Below, piece by piece: positions 36,101 to 38,744 of a stretch of DNA of 38,744 nucleotides; within the stretch, counting starts at the first letter, position 1, and every line of letters begins with the position of its first letter. The stretch spans positions 1-38,744 of the forward strand of contig CAXNAD020000034.1 of NCBI GenBank assembly GCA_964200185.2, read 5' to 3'. The position numbers were made by a program, and so were the translations under genes. The notes below the pieces were generated by a model, which saw only the letters and a list, made by a program, of their open reading frames with translations, was not told the origin of the DNA and ran no database searches. Origin of the DNA: Choristocarpus tenellus KU-1152. Taxonomy: Eukaryota; Protista; Phaeophyceae.

Positions 36101-38676
36101 GAGGACTCTTCAATGATGGTGTCGACATCCTTGCTAACAATGAGGTACCAACATGCCCACACTGTTTCTGCCTTTCCACATTTTGTGTTTAGAATGTTCA
36201 ACAATACTGGGATCTGCTACCATCAGATGCACAGTTTGTTACAGAGAGGAATCTCACCTACAGCTTAGAGCAAGCTCTCTGCCCTACATATAGCAAGGCT
36301 GTGACACTGTTACCTCACATCCCTGATGCCACTTGATAAAACCATGCCAGAAAAACTCAAGATCAGTGATCACACCTTGAAGTTTCAAGGTGAATACGTT
36401 CATGCTCAAACGCCATGGGTAATGCCCAGTAAGGGCTGCTTGATGTGATAGATGAGATGTCCTCCTCAGAAGCTGTTTCAATGATGGATTTGACAACACC
36501 ATACACAGTACAGCGGTACGCATGCACATCTGAGACAGATGGCCACTCCACCTGACAGGGATAAGTAAGTGCAGCCTGTTATTACTGTAGGCAATGCCTT
36601 ATTGTAATCAGTTCATTACAGCAAAGGCGACCAACCTACACATACCATTATTAAACAAAATTACAGAGTCACCATTTTGCAAAATTCTTTCATGAGGGTA
36701 TAATCAGTTCTCATTCCACAAGTCTAACCTAGAATCGGATCAATATTGAAACCGAGCATCTTTCCATAGTAAAATATCACTCACATCACTCTTGTCAACA
36801 TCATCCCAGCTCATTTCATCCACCCCAGTCTCGAGAATAGCCTCCAGGTAAGGATTCACCGGTCCCTGGCTTGTCATCAGCGACAGCAGGTTATGTTTAG
36901 CTCTAAGATTTCAAAACACGCTCAAGAACCCTCATTACTGGAACTTGACAGCATATAGCATGTTTTAAATAGCAGGTATAGCTAACTGGCAGCGCCAACA
37001 AGTACCAACGAAAAAGAAATATAAATACATAGCATATATTATCAATCATATCTCACATACTACATACAGCTGAATATGTGCTTACATCGTGACATATTAC
37101 CCTTCCTCTCATGAACAGACACTCGATCATTAGATAAAATTATTCAGGTATGCTTCGATTAATCAAAATATTCTTCACCTGAAGTAATCCTGCAGCCCGC
37201 AATTTGTTGATGTACAGGGCTGCAGGGTGGCCATAGTAGAAAATGAGCGGATGACGAAGACGATGTTTTGGTGGGCATAAAAAGGACTCTTCACCTTGCA
37301 GACTTGAGAAGAGAACCTCAGTTAGGACCCATGTGTTGTTGAAGTAGTCGAGAAGAGTCTGTAAAGCACCAACATGATGTGCAGCAGTCAATGCTGGCAT
37401 GTAGGAGCTGTTGTGGAGTGGTTTTCATTGCAATTGTTTCGATTCTGTAGAAGATGACTGCAATAGACTTAACCAATGTTCTCAAATGCACAAGTCACCG
37501 CTAATCATACCTGGCGGCTACAGTCTGAAAGCTTCAGCTGCGGCAATGATGATAGTTGCCCATTTGCTTGCATCCCTGGTGTCGCCTCAGGTTTGGGACC
37601 GGTCCACCATGAATCTGGCCGTTTACCAAATAGTGCATCTCCTGCTATCCCCAGCATGTCATCTTCAGTTGGCTTAGCCAAGATCTGAGATAAGGTGCGA
37701 TGATATTTTGCGCATGCTTAAACACTGCATATGATTCCTGAGCAATATTTATTCTTGTCCCACAGCTTCACTTCAAGGAGTTAACACTAGTGCCACATTT
37801 GAGATAAGCCGGTATGACGACCAAAAGTTAGTCCACTAGCTTCATCTTGTCCTCAGTAACACTCATAAAATACTTCGGTGGAACCGCACTGCGTACGCGT
37901 AGAACCTCATTGTCAGACAATACTTTCTCATATACCACGTCTCTCACTCTTCACCCATATTCGACAGCAATCCGTACAGGTTTTTGGAATAAGTTGTTAA
38001 GGTCCATGAAGTCAGAATTAAACCAGTCCGTAAAAAGTGGCATGAATGTAAAACCATAGATCCCTTCCTTAACAAGGCATTCTTTGTAGAGACTCTCTTC
38101 CAACAATACGCGATATCAATAGTTGTGTAGAAATTGTAACCACAATAGTACCAGTCACAGTGAAAGGGGCAAGAAATCACAGTCATCCTATCTGTTCACA
38201 TCCATTTGTAAGACAGCCGTTGGTTACAATGAGGTAGTACCAAGTTTGGCCATATTCGTGTAATGAATCGCTTCGAAAGATCAGCAGCATTCCAGATTGT
38301 CACAAGTTGCCAGCAGCAATACTACCCTCTACTCAACGTTCATTATGAGTTCCTTCACTACCGCCTTAGCTACATGTACAGGTTACCTCCCCAACAGAAT
38401 GGAAGTCACGACTGTTGCGAATAGGAGACCAGGCAGTTTCCAGTGTGTTGAAGGATGCTGCTTGTACCGGCCCCAACAACTGGCCTTTGAGGAGCTGTCG
38501 CCTATATTGAGTTGGGCCATCGATTCTTCCCCCAGAGCAAAGTGTGGACAAAGGAATCCTGGCTGTTAAGCTGAGATTACCTTCAGCATTGTGGCAATGA
38601 AGGGATTGGGGTCGAAAACGAGGGTGAGACAATCTTTTATCTTCGATATATCCTTACTTCCAAAGAAGCCCACCAT
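30103..38676 (-). CDS. ovoA: 5-histidylcysteine sulfoxide synthase OvoA (ovothiol biosynthesis): DinB-like + FGE-sulfatase + SAM methyltransferase domains, ~891 aa, 19 exons
   Basis: Exons (-): 38676-38658, 38562-38387, 37684-37511, 37358-37179, 36865-36785, 36551-36376, 36055-35873, 35659-35461, 34692-34558, 34460-34362, 33977-33829, 33619-33565, 33269-33080, 32872-32674, 32080-31965, 31731-31531, 31063-30867, 30489-30471, 30230-30103. Total 2676 nt, in frame. Motifs: WWTG, DYFNNTW, LRHPLIFYYGH, ETGVDEMSWDD, iron-binding HERIHLET (HX3HXE), YGWDNEYG, WPVIVNFHEA, GNTWEW, PLYEDFSTPCFDG, FRPHFYQHAGFR, VLDIGCGSG (SAM motif I), WLGG. Confidence 0.95.
31343..31359 (+). repeat. Interstitial telomeric-type repeat TAGGG(TTAGGG)2
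   Basis: Visible directly in an ovoA intron. Confidence 0.8.
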
Positions 38677-38744
38677 GTCAACGTTTCATTTATCTCCCTG
38701 CCCCTGTATCATACACTGTAGACAGGATGGGGTCAAAGTATCTG

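Noticed and set aside
37951-37953. In-frame TGA as selenocysteine or an alternative genetic code
   Set aside because: No redox-motif context, no recognisable SECIS, no start or splice support; genes in this window use TGA as a normal stop (4315, 29312)
34-38632. Most ORFs in the supplied track as stand-alone genes
   Set aside because: They are antisense shadows, intron read-through extensions of real exons, or repeat-derived frames (e.g. 1127-1312, 15071-15323)
30103-38676. EgtB (ergothioneine) or selenium-pathway enzyme (SenA/OvsA) instead of OvoA
   Set aside because: GVDEMSWDD, LRHPLIFYYGH, FRPHFYQHAGFR and a C-terminal SAM methyltransferase are OvoA features; no selenium-pathway neighbours are present

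Overview
Intron-rich eukaryotic nuclear DNA. The ORF track only captures exon fragments, so I spliced the genes by hand. Intron density, TTAGGG repeats and protein style suggest a stramenopile alga, possibly brown-alga-like (inference). Four genes are present: (1) the 3' part of a BTB/POZ-domain gene (+, <1-4315); (2) a 25-exon Vps39/Vam6-TGFBRAP1-family gene (-, 24739-6788, ~1307 aa); (3) a GNAT acetyltransferase (+, 25229-29312) divergent from it across a ~490 bp CpG-rich spacer; (4) a complete 19-exon ovothiol sulfoxide synthase ovoA (-, 38676-30103, ~891 aa), convergent with the GNAT gene. The most striking observation is that the Vps39-family protein lacks its usual C-terminal Cys/His zinc finger. 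It ends instead in a gamma-COP (COPI coatomer) appendage Ig-like domain, and the junction lies inside a single exon, giving a HOPS/CORVET-tether x COPI-coat chimera. Also seen: strong CpG depletion with CpG-island-like gene 5' ends, a decayed Ty3/Gypsy pol relic in an intron, candidate GC-AG introns, a possible TT donor, interstitial telomeric repeats and many short tandem duplications. Family assignments rest on recalled motifs, not on database searches.
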